Shown piece after piece: positions 25,357-34,321 of a stretch of 50,855 nucleotides of DNA. Every line of letters begins with the position of its first letter. Position 1 is the first letter of the stretch. The DNA is from Nitrososphaerota archaeon. Its GTDB lineage: Archaea > Thermoproteota > Nitrososphaeria > Nitrososphaerales > UBA57. Where the stretch lies: assembly GCA_027295865.1 (NCBI GenBank), contig JAPUKB010000081.1:1-50855 (forward strand), given 5' to 3'. The notes under the pieces were generated by a model that was not told where the DNA came from, did not search any database, and worked only from the letters and a program-made list of their open reading frames with translations. Both the position numbers and the translations under genes were made by a program.

Positions 25357-27072
25357 TTATTGTTTGGCAAGGGCCTTCCGCCAGACGAGGATTGCCACCA
25401 CGGCCTCCAGAATCAGGACTGACCCGGACACAGCGATAATAATGCTGGTATTCTGATCGAAGAGACTCTCCAAACTCAACTGTACGGAGGTAGTTTCCGA
25501 ATCAATTGCGAATTGCGTCTGGCTACTGATTCCGTTGACGGATGCTTCGACCTGGTATCTTCCTCCCGGGAGTCGAACGGATACAGTAGCTTCTCTCCAA
25601 TCTAGGCGGATAGGGTCGCTAGACAATGGATCAACACCTCTGATGATTATCTCTCCAGGTGGAGCTGGAAGTCCGAATGTATCCACTACATCGATCAAGA
25701 CTGTCCCCTCAGTTGCAAATATAGTAGTACTCGAGAGGCTTCTTAAACTCAGGGTAGTCGGTCTGGCTGATTTAACTATGATTGAGTCAATCGCAAGATC
25801 GAACTCGGTAATAATCTCTGCCTGAGGAAGAAGGACGAAGGTTGTATCACCCACCTTGGCTGTCTGGAGGTTGGTCGAGGTGAGATTTATGTCATAATTA
25901 AGTATCGATCGCCCTGTAAATTCGTTCTCAACATTGATTGTTGCTAAGAGAGGGGTCACTCGTGTTCGCCATAGGGATTCAAGCCCATCGACCTTTGCGG
26001 CCAAGATTATCTGGTAGCTTTTTGGACTCTCAAGAGGCTGATCAAAGGAATACCTCAAGGGGAAATCGAAGGACGAAAGGCGTACACGGGAGTCGGGATT
26101 AATAATGATCTCATTTGGAAATATCACAACAGGAATCCTTGCGACGTGGATGATCCCCTCAAATTCCAAGAAGACTGAAAGAAGGCTTCTCCCGTACTTC
26201 GGCGGGATTAGCCACGGCTTGTTTAGTTGTCCAATTGTAGGAATATCGATCGCGAGAACTTGACTAGGTTCTTCAGATACTGTTGCCGAGACCCTCGGGG
26301 TATCGGCAATCCCTTCATCTATGAATGTTAAGAAGAGGGATTCTCCAGTCCGCTTGGAGAGAGCAATCTCTGAGGACATTTCAGCCCACACATTCAGCGG
26401 TCCTAGAGCTTCGCCCTCATACTCAATGCCCAAATCCAGTCCAGCGGTCAGAGTTGGGGCGTGCAATGAGACCCAAATACGTCGCAGACCGTTCTCAACT
26501 TCAATTGATTCTAATCTAATGTTTATCGGGTTACCTTCAATTATCACGTTCGAGAAGATATCGACAGGGTCATCTTGCATCTGGCTGGTCAAGATAACCT
26601 CGACGGAGGTTGGAATTCCGTCCAGGTCTAGTGATACTGTCCCATCGATCAGTAAGGACCGTTCAGAAAGTGATAACCGCTCCTGATGAGAGATCGGTTC
26701 GATGAATTGCTCCCCTAGCTCAAGAAAAACGGAAAATGACCCAGCTCTCCCCTCGAAAGATAGAGTGTAAATTCCAAGCGGATCTTCATCTGAGAACGTA
26801 TGGACGCGGAATGGGTTTGTACCGATGGGTAATCGCACAATATCTGAATCATCCGGGCCAAGCAAACTTACAAATGCAGGAAATTGGGGAAATACCCATA
26901 GTGACTCTCCACGTACGAAAACAGGTATTCCGACATCAGAATCGAATAGATTCTCTGGAGAATAACCAATTCGCGCGCTGAGGTCCATTTCGACAATCTG
27001 AGCGCTCCCAGAGGGTACCAAGGGGATAAGAAGTGAAAGAAGTGTCGCTAGAAGGAAGATTCTATTTCTCAT
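25357..27072 (-). CDS. Large secreted, beta-rich protein with a signal peptide and a C-terminal TM anchor plus basic tail; function unknown
   Basis: The N-terminus is MRNRIFLLATLLSLLIPLVPSGSAQ and the C-terminus is IIIAVSGSVLILEAVVAILVWRKALAKQ. This is the last gene of the MoxR operon (ATGA overlap at 27069-27072). Confidence 0.6.
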   Translation of the reverse strand: MRNRIFLLATLLSLLIPLVPSGSAQIVEMDLSARIGYSPENLFDSDVGIPVFVRGESLWVFPQFPAFVSLLGPDDSDIVRLPIGTNPFRVHTFSDEDPLGIYTLSFEGRAGSFSVFLELGEQFIEPISHQERLSLSERSLLIDGTVSLDLDGIPTSVEVILTSQMQDDPVDIFSNVIIEGNPINIRLESIEVENGLRRIWVSLHAPTLTAGLDLGIEYEGEALGPLNVWAEMSSEIALSKRTGESLFLTFIDEGIADTPRVSATVSEEPSQVLAIDIPTIGQLNKPWLIPPKYGRSLLSVFLEFEGIIHVARIPVVIFPNEIIINPDSRVRLSSFDFPLRYSFDQPLESPKSYQIILAAKVDGLESLWRTRVTPLLATINVENEFTGRSILNYDINLTSTNLQTAKVGDTTFVLLPQAEIITEFDLAIDSIIVKSARPTTLSLRSLSSTTIFATEGTVLIDVVDTFGLPAPPGEIIIRGVDPLSSDPIRLDWREATVSVRLPGGRYQVEASVNGISSQTQFAIDSETTSVQLSLESLFDQNTSIIIAVSGSVLILEAVVAILVWRKALAKQ

Positions 27073-28082
27073 CTTTTCTTGCTTTCCCCAAAGAGTCTTG
27101 TTCTCATACTATCTCCGAGACCTATTAAAATAATAAGGGCCATCATGCCGATCAGACCCGACGTTAAGGCCAACTCGGCAGACCCGGTTAACAGTGAAAT
27201 TCCTACAATAAGGCCGATGTCAAGTGCCACTGCGAGGAGAATGGAAAAACCGATTGACGTGAGATTAGAAAAGCGCAATCTTGATGACCTTCTTACGCTT
27301 TGCTCAAGTGAGACGTCGTCCTCTGAATGTCTCCTGAACAGGCGATAGTAGATGAAGAGAGCAGCAGAAAGCGCAAATATTGTTCCCGTGTAAATCCTAC
27401 TTGCCCCCAACTGAAGTGATTGAGTCAAGGCCACCTCTGAGGGCGGGACCGGGATAGTTGTTTCAAGAATGTTCGCGATTACAAATTGAACAATAAAAAG
27501 GGTTTGAAGCAATACTCGTGTCCCTGCCTCTTCCAACACTCTCCCTGTGGATACGATCCCGCTAGGCGAAATCACAGTCGATAGGACAAAAGCAACTAGT
27601 CCATAGATCACCATGGTCATCAATACTGCCCCGGCGGGTGTCCCCTTACCACGTATTATCGAAGACGCGTGGCTCACAATGGCAATAATTGGGATGACAA
27701 TAGCAAGACTTGCGATACCCGCGAGGTACAAATCTGCTGCAGCCCCGAAGTAAAGTGGCAGCCTGTTACCAACTGGTGAAACCAGGAGGCCTACCATCAG
27801 AAGTGAGGGTAGGACGACGGGGATTGTGAGTGTGGCTATTAGGAAGGAATCTTGGGCAGCCCCTGAACCTGCTCTGATCCTGTACACGTAAGCTCCCACT
27901 CCTGCTACCGCCATGAAAGCTGAGATAGAGTTGAGGTTAACCGCGATGATGGAGCGGAGGAGAAGGAATATCGCATTCTGGTATTGGCCAGTTATCAATA
28001 TGAACAGGTATGGGGAAGCCATCCCACCAAAAAGTAGAATTGTAAGAATGAATGATCGTGGAGGGGTATTCTGAATTACCAA
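27069..28082 (-). CDS. Polytopic membrane protein (about 9-10 TM), function unknown
   Basis: The 337-aa product is hydrophobic throughout. It sits between the DUF58 gene and the secreted-protein gene. Confidence 0.55.
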   Translation of the reverse strand: MVIQNTPPRSFILTILLFGGMASPYLFILITGQYQNAIFLLLRSIIAVNLNSISAFMAVAGVGAYVYRIRAGSGAAQDSFLIATLTIPVVLPSLLMVGLLVSPVGNRLPLYFGAAADLYLAGIASLAIVIPIIAIVSHASSIIRGKGTPAGAVLMTMVIYGLVAFVLSTVISPSGIVSTGRVLEEAGTRVLLQTLFIVQFVIANILETTIPVPPSEVALTQSLQLGASRIYTGTIFALSAALFIYYRLFRRHSEDDVSLEQSVRRSSRLRFSNLTSIGFSILLAVALDIGLIVGISLLTGSAELALTSGLIGMMALIILIGLGDSMRTRLFGESKKR

Positions 28083-28083
28083 A

Positions 28084-29382
28084 TCAAGTCTCCAAAACTA
28101 GACTCGAGCGCGAGAATGCGTCGAGAGCTTTGATAACTAGATTACTCTGGGTACAGATCTGAGCTGAGATCCCGCTGGAGGCGAGCTGACTTAGTACCTC
28201 TTCGAGATGGCTCAATTCCCGATTGCCGATTATCCCACTTGCCTGAGTAACTCTGACATCTTCACCACTGTACGAGATGAAGGATGTGGTATCAAGAATA
28301 AGGGCGTGCGGGAATTGGTATTTGATGATGGCTCTCCTCAGGATCATTGGATCAACGGTCCTGGGATATGGAGAGTCCAAAACTAGCAAAATGAGTGATT
28401 TAGGTTTAGAGGCCGTAATCGCCGTGTTCATCACTGAGTCCAAGTCGAGATTGGGATCGGGCAATAAATTGTATATTCTTGATGCTATGTGCAAAGGGCT
28501 GCCATCAGCTCGTTCCCCCCTTCCCGCACGAGAATAGACCACTTGAAATTCTCCTCCGGTCTTCACTGCAAGGTGGGCAAGCACAATGGCAAGTTCAGCG
28601 GCAGCATCGAGTTTCCGTTTTCCGATCTCTCCCTCCCCCGTTGTGTCTGTGTTTAAGACCACTAGGGTAACGTTCAACGACTGCTCGTACTCATGTTCTT
28701 TCGTCTTGGGTAATCGCATCGGGGATTTGGCCATCGCCTTCCAGGCAACCTGCCGATAGTCATCTCCTGGATAATATTCTCTGATACCGCTGAATTCTGA
28801 TCCATGAGAAGTACTCACGGTCGAGCGCTTCAGCGGTTTCATCCCTATGTGTACCCTACCCCGGAGTAACTCCTCCCCGACTCTCATACTGGGGTAAACC
28901 TGGATTTCCGAATGAGATTGAACGTTCCTACTTCTCTTAAACATCCCGAATCTGTCGGTTATTATCAGCTCAATCTCTCCGACCTTCCAGCTACCCATTT
29001 GCAATGCCTTTAGATTATGCTCGACGGTTGTAGTCTTTCCCTTGGGGAGAGACTCGATCCAAAAATCGTTAGGCGCGTGTATCTTGAACGCGTATGGAAT
29101 TTTTTCTATAGCTAGAATAGGGCCTAAACTTGATCCTGAGTTTGTAAATTCGACGGTTAGTGGAATATCATCTCCAACAAAGGCCGTGCGAGCTCCGCTC
29201 TTTACCTCAACTTTGACAAGGTGAAGTCTACGACTTGAGTTAATGTAGAGGATGGATTCTACTCCCAAGATGGAGAGGACGAAGAGCGCGACGGTGGAAA
29301 AAACTCCATCGAATGCGAGAGTCGATGCCGCGACTAGGCCCAGGGTGGAGCTGAGTATAGACACCCCTCTCCTTGTAAGCAA
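28084..29382 (-). CDS. DUF58-family protein (vWA-like), N-terminally membrane anchored
   Basis: Two N-terminal TM segments are followed by the DUF58 signature GSEFSGIREYYPGDDYRQVAWKAMAK. It lies immediately downstream of MoxR, as is usual for this family. Confidence 0.85.
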   Translation of the reverse strand: MLTRRGVSILSSTLGLVAASTLAFDGVFSTVALFVLSILGVESILYINSSRRLHLVKVEVKSGARTAFVGDDIPLTVEFTNSGSSLGPILAIEKIPYAFKIHAPNDFWIESLPKGKTTTVEHNLKALQMGSWKVGEIELIITDRFGMFKRSRNVQSHSEIQVYPSMRVGEELLRGRVHIGMKPLKRSTVSTSHGSEFSGIREYYPGDDYRQVAWKAMAKSPMRLPKTKEHEYEQSLNVTLVVLNTDTTGEGEIGKRKLDAAAELAIVLAHLAVKTGGEFQVVYSRAGRGERADGSPLHIASRIYNLLPDPNLDLDSVMNTAITASKPKSLILLVLDSPYPRTVDPMILRRAIIKYQFPHALILDTTSFISYSGEDVRVTQASGIIGNRELSHLEEVLSQLASSGISAQICTQSNLVIKALDAFSRSSLVLET

Positions 29383-29388
29383 ATGATA

Positions 29389-30363
29389 TCATCTTGGGGG
29401 CTCGGTTGCCGAGATAGCAGTCGTGATGACATTGTTGACAGCATCATAGTTGTAGGGTCTGAGAGATCTGGCACTTCTAAGGACGTATTCCGGACTCAGT
29501 AGGATCCTATGATTCAAAGCGTGAAAGGTGAGGCTTTTTACATCATCAGGGGTAACATAGCTTTTGCCATTTATTGCCGCAAGTGCTCTGCTTGCAGCGA
29601 GAAGGTGGACAGAAGCCCGCGGACTCCCTCCCAACAAGACCTTCTCCTCGTCTAGTCTTGTAGCGCCCACAAGGGAGACAACATAATCCATGACTTCGTG
29701 AGATATTGTGACACTTTCCCTGATTTGATTTCTGGCGCTTGTTACCTCTTTTCCTGAGACAACGGCTTGAACGGTGCTAAGGTCTGTTGCTGCCGTAGCT
29801 CTATTTACTATCTCAATTTCATCTGATTTCTCAGGGACTTCGACAATAAGTCTTAACATGAATCTGTCAAGCTGGGCTTCTGGTAACGGATAGGTTCCCT
29901 GCATCTCGACAGGATTCTGAGTCGCGATCACAATGAAGGGATCAGGAAGTAATCTGGTTACCCCTTCAACGGTCACTTGCTTTTCTTGCATTGCTTCTAG
30001 AAGAGCGGATTGGGTTTTGGGTATGGCCCTGTTTATCTCGTCCGCTAGTACGACATTACCAAAGATCGGCCCCTCTCGGAAAATGAATTGTTGATCTTTT
30101 GCATTGAAAATGAATGTGCCAGTTATATCCGCGGGCAACATGTCTGGCGTCAACTGAATCCTCTTGAAGTCGAGCCCCAACGCCTTCGCGAATGCTTTTG
30201 CTATCAGGGTTTTGGCTACCCCCGGGACGCCTTCTAATAGGACGTGACCATCTGCCAATAACCCCACGGAAAGTAATTTGATAGTCTCACTTTTTCCAAC
30301 AACAATTTTAGAGATCTCGTTCTCCAGCTTGAAGTAAAGATTCTTAGCTTCGATCTGAGTCAT
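29389..30363 (-). CDS. MoxR-family AAA+ ATPase
   Basis: It has Walker A LLEGVPGVAKT, Walker B VVLADEINRAIPKTQSALLEAMQE, ATQNP and the C-terminal lid GGSPRASVHL. Confidence 0.92.
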   Translation of the reverse strand: MTQIEAKNLYFKLENEISKIVVGKSETIKLLSVGLLADGHVLLEGVPGVAKTLIAKAFAKALGLDFKRIQLTPDMLPADITGTFIFNAKDQQFIFREGPIFGNVVLADEINRAIPKTQSALLEAMQEKQVTVEGVTRLLPDPFIVIATQNPVEMQGTYPLPEAQLDRFMLRLIVEVPEKSDEIEIVNRATAATDLSTVQAVVSGKEVTSARNQIRESVTISHEVMDYVVSLVGATRLDEEKVLLGGSPRASVHLLAASRALAAINGKSYVTPDDVKSLTFHALNHRILLSPEYVLRSARSLRPYNYDAVNNVITTAISATEPPR

Positions 30364-30728
30364 CTTCTTCTCGCCCCTCCAAGATTGAGACGTGAATACA
30401 GGCTACCTATTTCTTTGAATGTAGAGGCATTGCCTTTTCTCTTCAATGTAGATTCACTAATTGATATCAAATACTTCAACTCTTCCTTGGAACCGGAGTG
30501 AGGCATCTCTCCGCCCAAAGATCGCTTAGCCTGCTCCAGAACTACCCCTATTGCCGAAGAATAGTCCGGACTTGACTTATAGAGGCTCATAAGTGCCTTG
30601 GAGGTCGGACTAATTCCTACTTTTCCATCATCTTGTATCGGACGCTTCACTCGCCTGCCGTACAGACGTGCGTAGATGGCCGCTGAAAGTGCTACACCCA
30701 TCACGCCCAAAATCAGGTAATTAACCAA
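30360..30728 (-). CDS. Single-pass membrane protein, function unknown
   Basis: The 122-aa product has the N-terminal TM segment YLILGVMGVALSAAIYA. An ATGA overlap links it to the MoxR start. Confidence 0.45.
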   Translation of the reverse strand: MVNYLILGVMGVALSAAIYARLYGRRVKRPIQDDGKVGISPTSKALMSLYKSSPDYSSAIGVVLEQAKRSLGGEMPHSGSKEELKYLISISESTLKRKGNASTFKEIGSLYSRLNLGGARRR

Positions 30729-30741
30729 ACCTTTTACCCCA

Positions 30742-31272
30742 CTAAGACCTTTTCGCTCGACCTCTTATGACCAGATTCAGACGACTTATGTCGTTCACGA
30801 GTCCCGTAATGGACTCATAGCTGGACTCATTTCCCATATTTCCAAAACGTGCAGCCTCGTAATGCAGGTATGCCTTCGTAATTAGGGATGAGACATTGCG
30901 GAGCTCGGGTGAACTGTCTAAGACTTTCCTGACGAGTTCGAGTTCGGTCCAGTCCTTAGACCCTGTTTCGTTTATAGAAGGAATCAAATCTCGGAGAGAT
31001 TTGTAAATGAAACGAATTCCTTCCTCGAACTCACCTTTTGTTTTGAATCCCTCGAGCCGTTTATTCATCTCATCACTTCCGAATGGGACAAATCTCTCAG
31101 TCTGGTCCGATGTTAGTAAGGTCTGGGCTGATCTCTTACGCATAAAGGGATAAGCGAGTCCAACTACAGTGACAACAGCAATAGAGGCCATGGCTACAAA
31201 CATTCCCGTTAGCAAATTGGACGCAAGAATTCCTCCTAAGACCAAAGCGAGTGTGCCTTCCAACCTAAACAT
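30742..31272 (-). CDS. DUF4129-like membrane protein
   Basis: N-terminal TM segments are followed by WTELELVRKVLDSSPEL...AYLHYEAARFGN, which resembles the DUF4129 C-terminal signature (T..E ... Y..ARfG). Confidence 0.55.
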   Translation of the reverse strand: MFRLEGTLALVLGGILASNLLTGMFVAMASIAVVTVVGLAYPFMRKRSAQTLLTSDQTERFVPFGSDEMNKRLEGFKTKGEFEEGIRFIYKSLRDLIPSINETGSKDWTELELVRKVLDSSPELRNVSSLITKAYLHYEAARFGNMGNESSYESITGLVNDISRLNLVIRGRAKRS

Positions 31273-32041
31273 CCACTCGGATGCTGTATACTGCGGCTTC
31301 AGGAGGGTTCTCGGGATTAAAATTGGACACGATGAATGGTTCGACAGGCGTCAATTCAACTATTGAACTTCCTTCAAAATTAATGAAGCCAACTACATCG
31401 AGACTCGAGACCTTGCGCGTGCCACCCTCGGCGATATTTACTCGTAGCTCAACAACTCGCGGATCAGCCACAAGTGTTTCTCTCTCATAAATCATGGTGA
31501 CGGTTTCACCGGCGAGGACTACGCCATCCCCGCGAGTATCACGAAATTCCAGTCTATAAGAGGATAATGTCGTTTTAGAAAGAACCCATTCGATAGCATA
31601 GATCCTCACATCCGCGGGGATAATTACGGTCTCGTTGGCATCAATACCTTGGTAATCAACCCTAATCGTATAATTTCCTGGTGAAAGCCTGAAGAGAGCC
31701 CTTCCTCTGTCATCGGTCCTACCGGAAACAGAGAGGGTTCGCGTTTCTCCAGCCGGGATGTTGAAACTCTCCCAGAAGATCTCGACCAATTGAGAGCTAA
31801 GGGGCGTAAGAGACGGGGGCGAATCCTCTGTTAGCTGGACATCAATTTGGAGGGTGAGTAACCCTTGTCGCCCAAATGCTCCTCCTCCTAAGAAAGGGTT
31901 CTGTTGGTCTGGTCCTTGACCTCCCTCGGAGGGATTGATACCCAAACTCTGAACAACCTGAATGAGATAAAAGATCAATACCGAGGCAACTGCGAGTGCT
32001 AGGATCCCCCTCCCACCACTTCTGATGCTCCCTGGTCTCAA
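31265..32041 (-). CDS. N-terminally anchored extracytoplasmic beta-sandwich protein (CarboxypepD_reg-like segment)
   Basis: It has the TM segment ILALAVASVLIFYLI, a Gly/Gln-rich linker, and GRTDDRGRALFRLSPGNYTIRV. This is the first gene of the operon. Confidence 0.5.
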   Translation of the reverse strand: MRPGSIRSGGRGILALAVASVLIFYLIQVVQSLGINPSEGGQGPDQQNPFLGGGAFGRQGLLTLQIDVQLTEDSPPSLTPLSSQLVEIFWESFNIPAGETRTLSVSGRTDDRGRALFRLSPGNYTIRVDYQGIDANETVIIPADVRIYAIEWVLSKTTLSSYRLEFRDTRGDGVVLAGETVTMIYERETLVADPRVVELRVNIAEGGTRKVSSLDVVGFINFEGSSIVELTPVEPFIVSNFNPENPPEAAVYSIRVDV

Positions 32042-32084
32042 CTAGCACGAGCGAACCTCTGAGCCATTTAAACATGCCCAGAAG

Positions 32085-32684
32085 CTACAATGTAATATTC
32101 TCTTCGTGGATTCCTTTTCCATCGATTATTAGGAGGTCCACACCGTCTCCGCTCGAAGAATCCCGAGCAATTGCCGTCTTGATCGACTTGAGGACGAGAT
32201 CGCTGGCTTCTCTCTCTGTCATGCCTTTCTTGTAGCCTTCCTCTACAATTCCAATAGCTAATTCCGCTCCGCTTCCAACCGTCGCATATTCATCTGGAAT
32301 GACTGACCCTAAGGGATCTAGAACGTAAACAGAGGGTGTTCCGTCAACTCCAGCTACTATTATCTGGGTTAGCAGAGGAAAATACCGGTTCTGGAACATG
32401 ATGACCGACATTAGTTTGGCAACTGAATTTGGCGCTACAGGTCTTTTCAGTTCGAGCTCTAGGATCCTGGTATGCGACTGCACCTGTCTTATGAGAACCT
32501 GCATGTCAGCGATCATTCCCGCGGCGGCTACGCCGACCTGATCTGTTATTTTGAAAACCTTCTTTCCAGATCTACTAGTGATATAAGTACCGTAGGCGAT
32601 CCTTTTCTCAGCGCCGAGAATAGCCCCATCAGCATAAATCATTCCAACGACTGTAGCGCCGGGGATGAAGGCGGGATAAGCCAA
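32085..32684 (-). CDS. psmB: Proteasome beta subunit
   Basis: A short propeptide precedes TVVGMIYADGAILGAEKR; GSG and other Ntn-hydrolase motifs are present. Confidence 0.9.
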   Translation of the reverse strand: MAYPAFIPGATVVGMIYADGAILGAEKRIAYGTYITSRSGKKVFKITDQVGVAAAGMIADMQVLIRQVQSHTRILELELKRPVAPNSVAKLMSVIMFQNRYFPLLTQIIVAGVDGTPSVYVLDPLGSVIPDEYATVGSGAELAIGIVEEGYKKGMTEREASDLVLKSIKTAIARDSSSGDGVDLLIIDGKGIHEENITL

Positions 32685-32719
32685 TTTCTGATCTTCGATC
32701 TCGACGATAGAGCTGACTA

Positions 32720-33805
32720 TTAAGGATTAATTGCGACTTCAAAGAGGCTGTCTGAAACCTTATGAATTTGAGATCTTGCTCCGACAACTTGCTCCGCAAT
32801 TTCGAGATTGGTCTTCAAATGTTGAGTTATGGAGGATGTCGTGAATGTCGAGGGCCCGCTTGCAAGAGAGAGCAGTGGCACTACCATATCTGCCAGGTGG
32901 CGGTCTAAGGATGCTTTGGAGTCGTACTCTCTGAGAAATCTGCTTGCGGTCTCCCGGCCCACTAACTCGGCGGCTTTCCCCCTTTCGCCGAAACCATCGG
33001 CCCCGATGTAGGTATCTGAGTCCTTCAAGGAGTAGATGCAAATAGCAGTACCGGGGGATTGAGCTTCCTCAACCCTAGAATCAAGGCCAAGGACTTTCAC
33101 TCCATCACCCCAAATCAGATTGGAGGCAGATTTAGCTTGCCTTTCTGCTACGGAGAAAGGGAGCCCCGAGCAAAGACTCGAAATCCGGGTTTGACCGTGC
33201 TCTTTGTGCTTTAGATCTATCGACATGATTCGAGTCGGTGGGCGTATTACGCATGCGACTCGGCCTCCACCGTTAGGATAGAACCCCCGCCTTCTTATCT
33301 CAAGGTCGACTCCTATTCCAAGAAGCCCGTAGAAGGGGATGACGACTTGACGAAAATAATCCATTGTCGGACTCCATTTGACATCCGTGCCACCTTGAAT
33401 ATTGAGATGAACAATTTTTTCACTTATGGAAATCGCCTGAATCAGTGCCTGAAGAAGCAGTGTAATACTCCCGGCTGTACCGAGATCTAAGGTTAACTCT
33501 TTTTCCCGAACGGCCTTTGGGGTGAAACGAACTCTCGTTGAGCCTTGCTTCAATCCGTAGACCTCTGCATCGCATAATTCAGATATAGCTTTGATTGCCC
33601 AGAAGTGCTGCGGCCTTAGTCCCGGTTTGGGTCTCCTAGCCCTTATGTCGTATACTTCCACCTCGACTCCTCGGGCGGCTGAGAGTGAAATGGCAGTCCT
33701 CAAGATCTGTCCCCCACCCTCACCTATTGAGCCGTCAATTGAAATCAACGGCACTTGACTGAGATTGCTCCTTAAATAGAAAGATTGTCGCATCTGATTT
33801 CCCAA
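32720..33805 (-). CDS. rtcA: RNA 3'-terminal phosphate cyclase
   Basis: It contains IDGSIGEGGGQILRTAISLSA and RPKPGLRPQH. Confidence 0.9.
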   Translation of the reverse strand: MGNQMRQSFYLRSNLSQVPLISIDGSIGEGGGQILRTAISLSAARGVEVEVYDIRARRPKPGLRPQHFWAIKAISELCDAEVYGLKQGSTRVRFTPKAVREKELTLDLGTAGSITLLLQALIQAISISEKIVHLNIQGGTDVKWSPTMDYFRQVVIPFYGLLGIGVDLEIRRRGFYPNGGGRVACVIRPPTRIMSIDLKHKEHGQTRISSLCSGLPFSVAERQAKSASNLIWGDGVKVLGLDSRVEEAQSPGTAICIYSLKDSDTYIGADGFGERGKAAELVGRETASRFLREYDSKASLDRHLADMVVPLLSLASGPSTFTTSSITQHLKTNLEIAEQVVGARSQIHKVSDSLFEVAINP

Positions 33806-34321
33806 TTGACGTTAAGGGTTGGAGCCCTAGTGGGACGATTTCAACCGTTGCACAACGGTCACATCGAGGCAGTAAATTTTGCACTGACCAAGGTAGATCT
33901 ACTTTACATAGTCGTCGGCAGTGCGGAGAAAAGTCACGAGATCAGGAACCCGTTCACCGCGGGTGAGAGGATGAGGATGATTAAATTGGCTCTCGATGAC
34001 TCTGGCATTGATTGTCACCGGATCATGATCGTCCCGATTCCTGATGCTGAGGCACATTCAGTTTGGGTTTCCTATGTCGATTCGTACACAATGAACTATT
34101 CAGTTGTCTTCACGAACGATCCACTTTCAGCGAGGCTCTTTTCGGAAAAAGGAGTGAAAGTGCTTGAAGTACCCCTACTACGTAGAGGGAGCCTTTCGGG
34201 TACGGAGGTCAGGAATAGGATTTCTAATCGCCGCCAGTGGAGGAGACTTGTGCCGAACGCGGTTGAAGACGTAATTATGGAGATAGATGGTGAAGCGAGA
34301 ATTAGAGGCTTATCGAGCTGA
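33785..34321 (+). CDS. nadM: Nicotinamide-nucleotide adenylyltransferase (archaeal NadM type)
   Basis: It has GRFQPLHNGH (the HxGH motif) and the ISGTEVR-like segment LSGTEVRNRI. The start is uncertain. Confidence 0.85.
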   Translation: MSHLISQLTLRVGALVGRFQPLHNGHIEAVNFALTKVDLLYIVVGSAEKSHEIRNPFTAGERMRMIKLALDDSGIDCHRIMIVPIPDAEAHSVWVSYVDSYTMNYSVVFTNDPLSARLFSEKGVKVLEVPLLRRGSLSGTEVRNRISNRRQWRRLVPNAVEDVIMEIDGEARIRGLSS

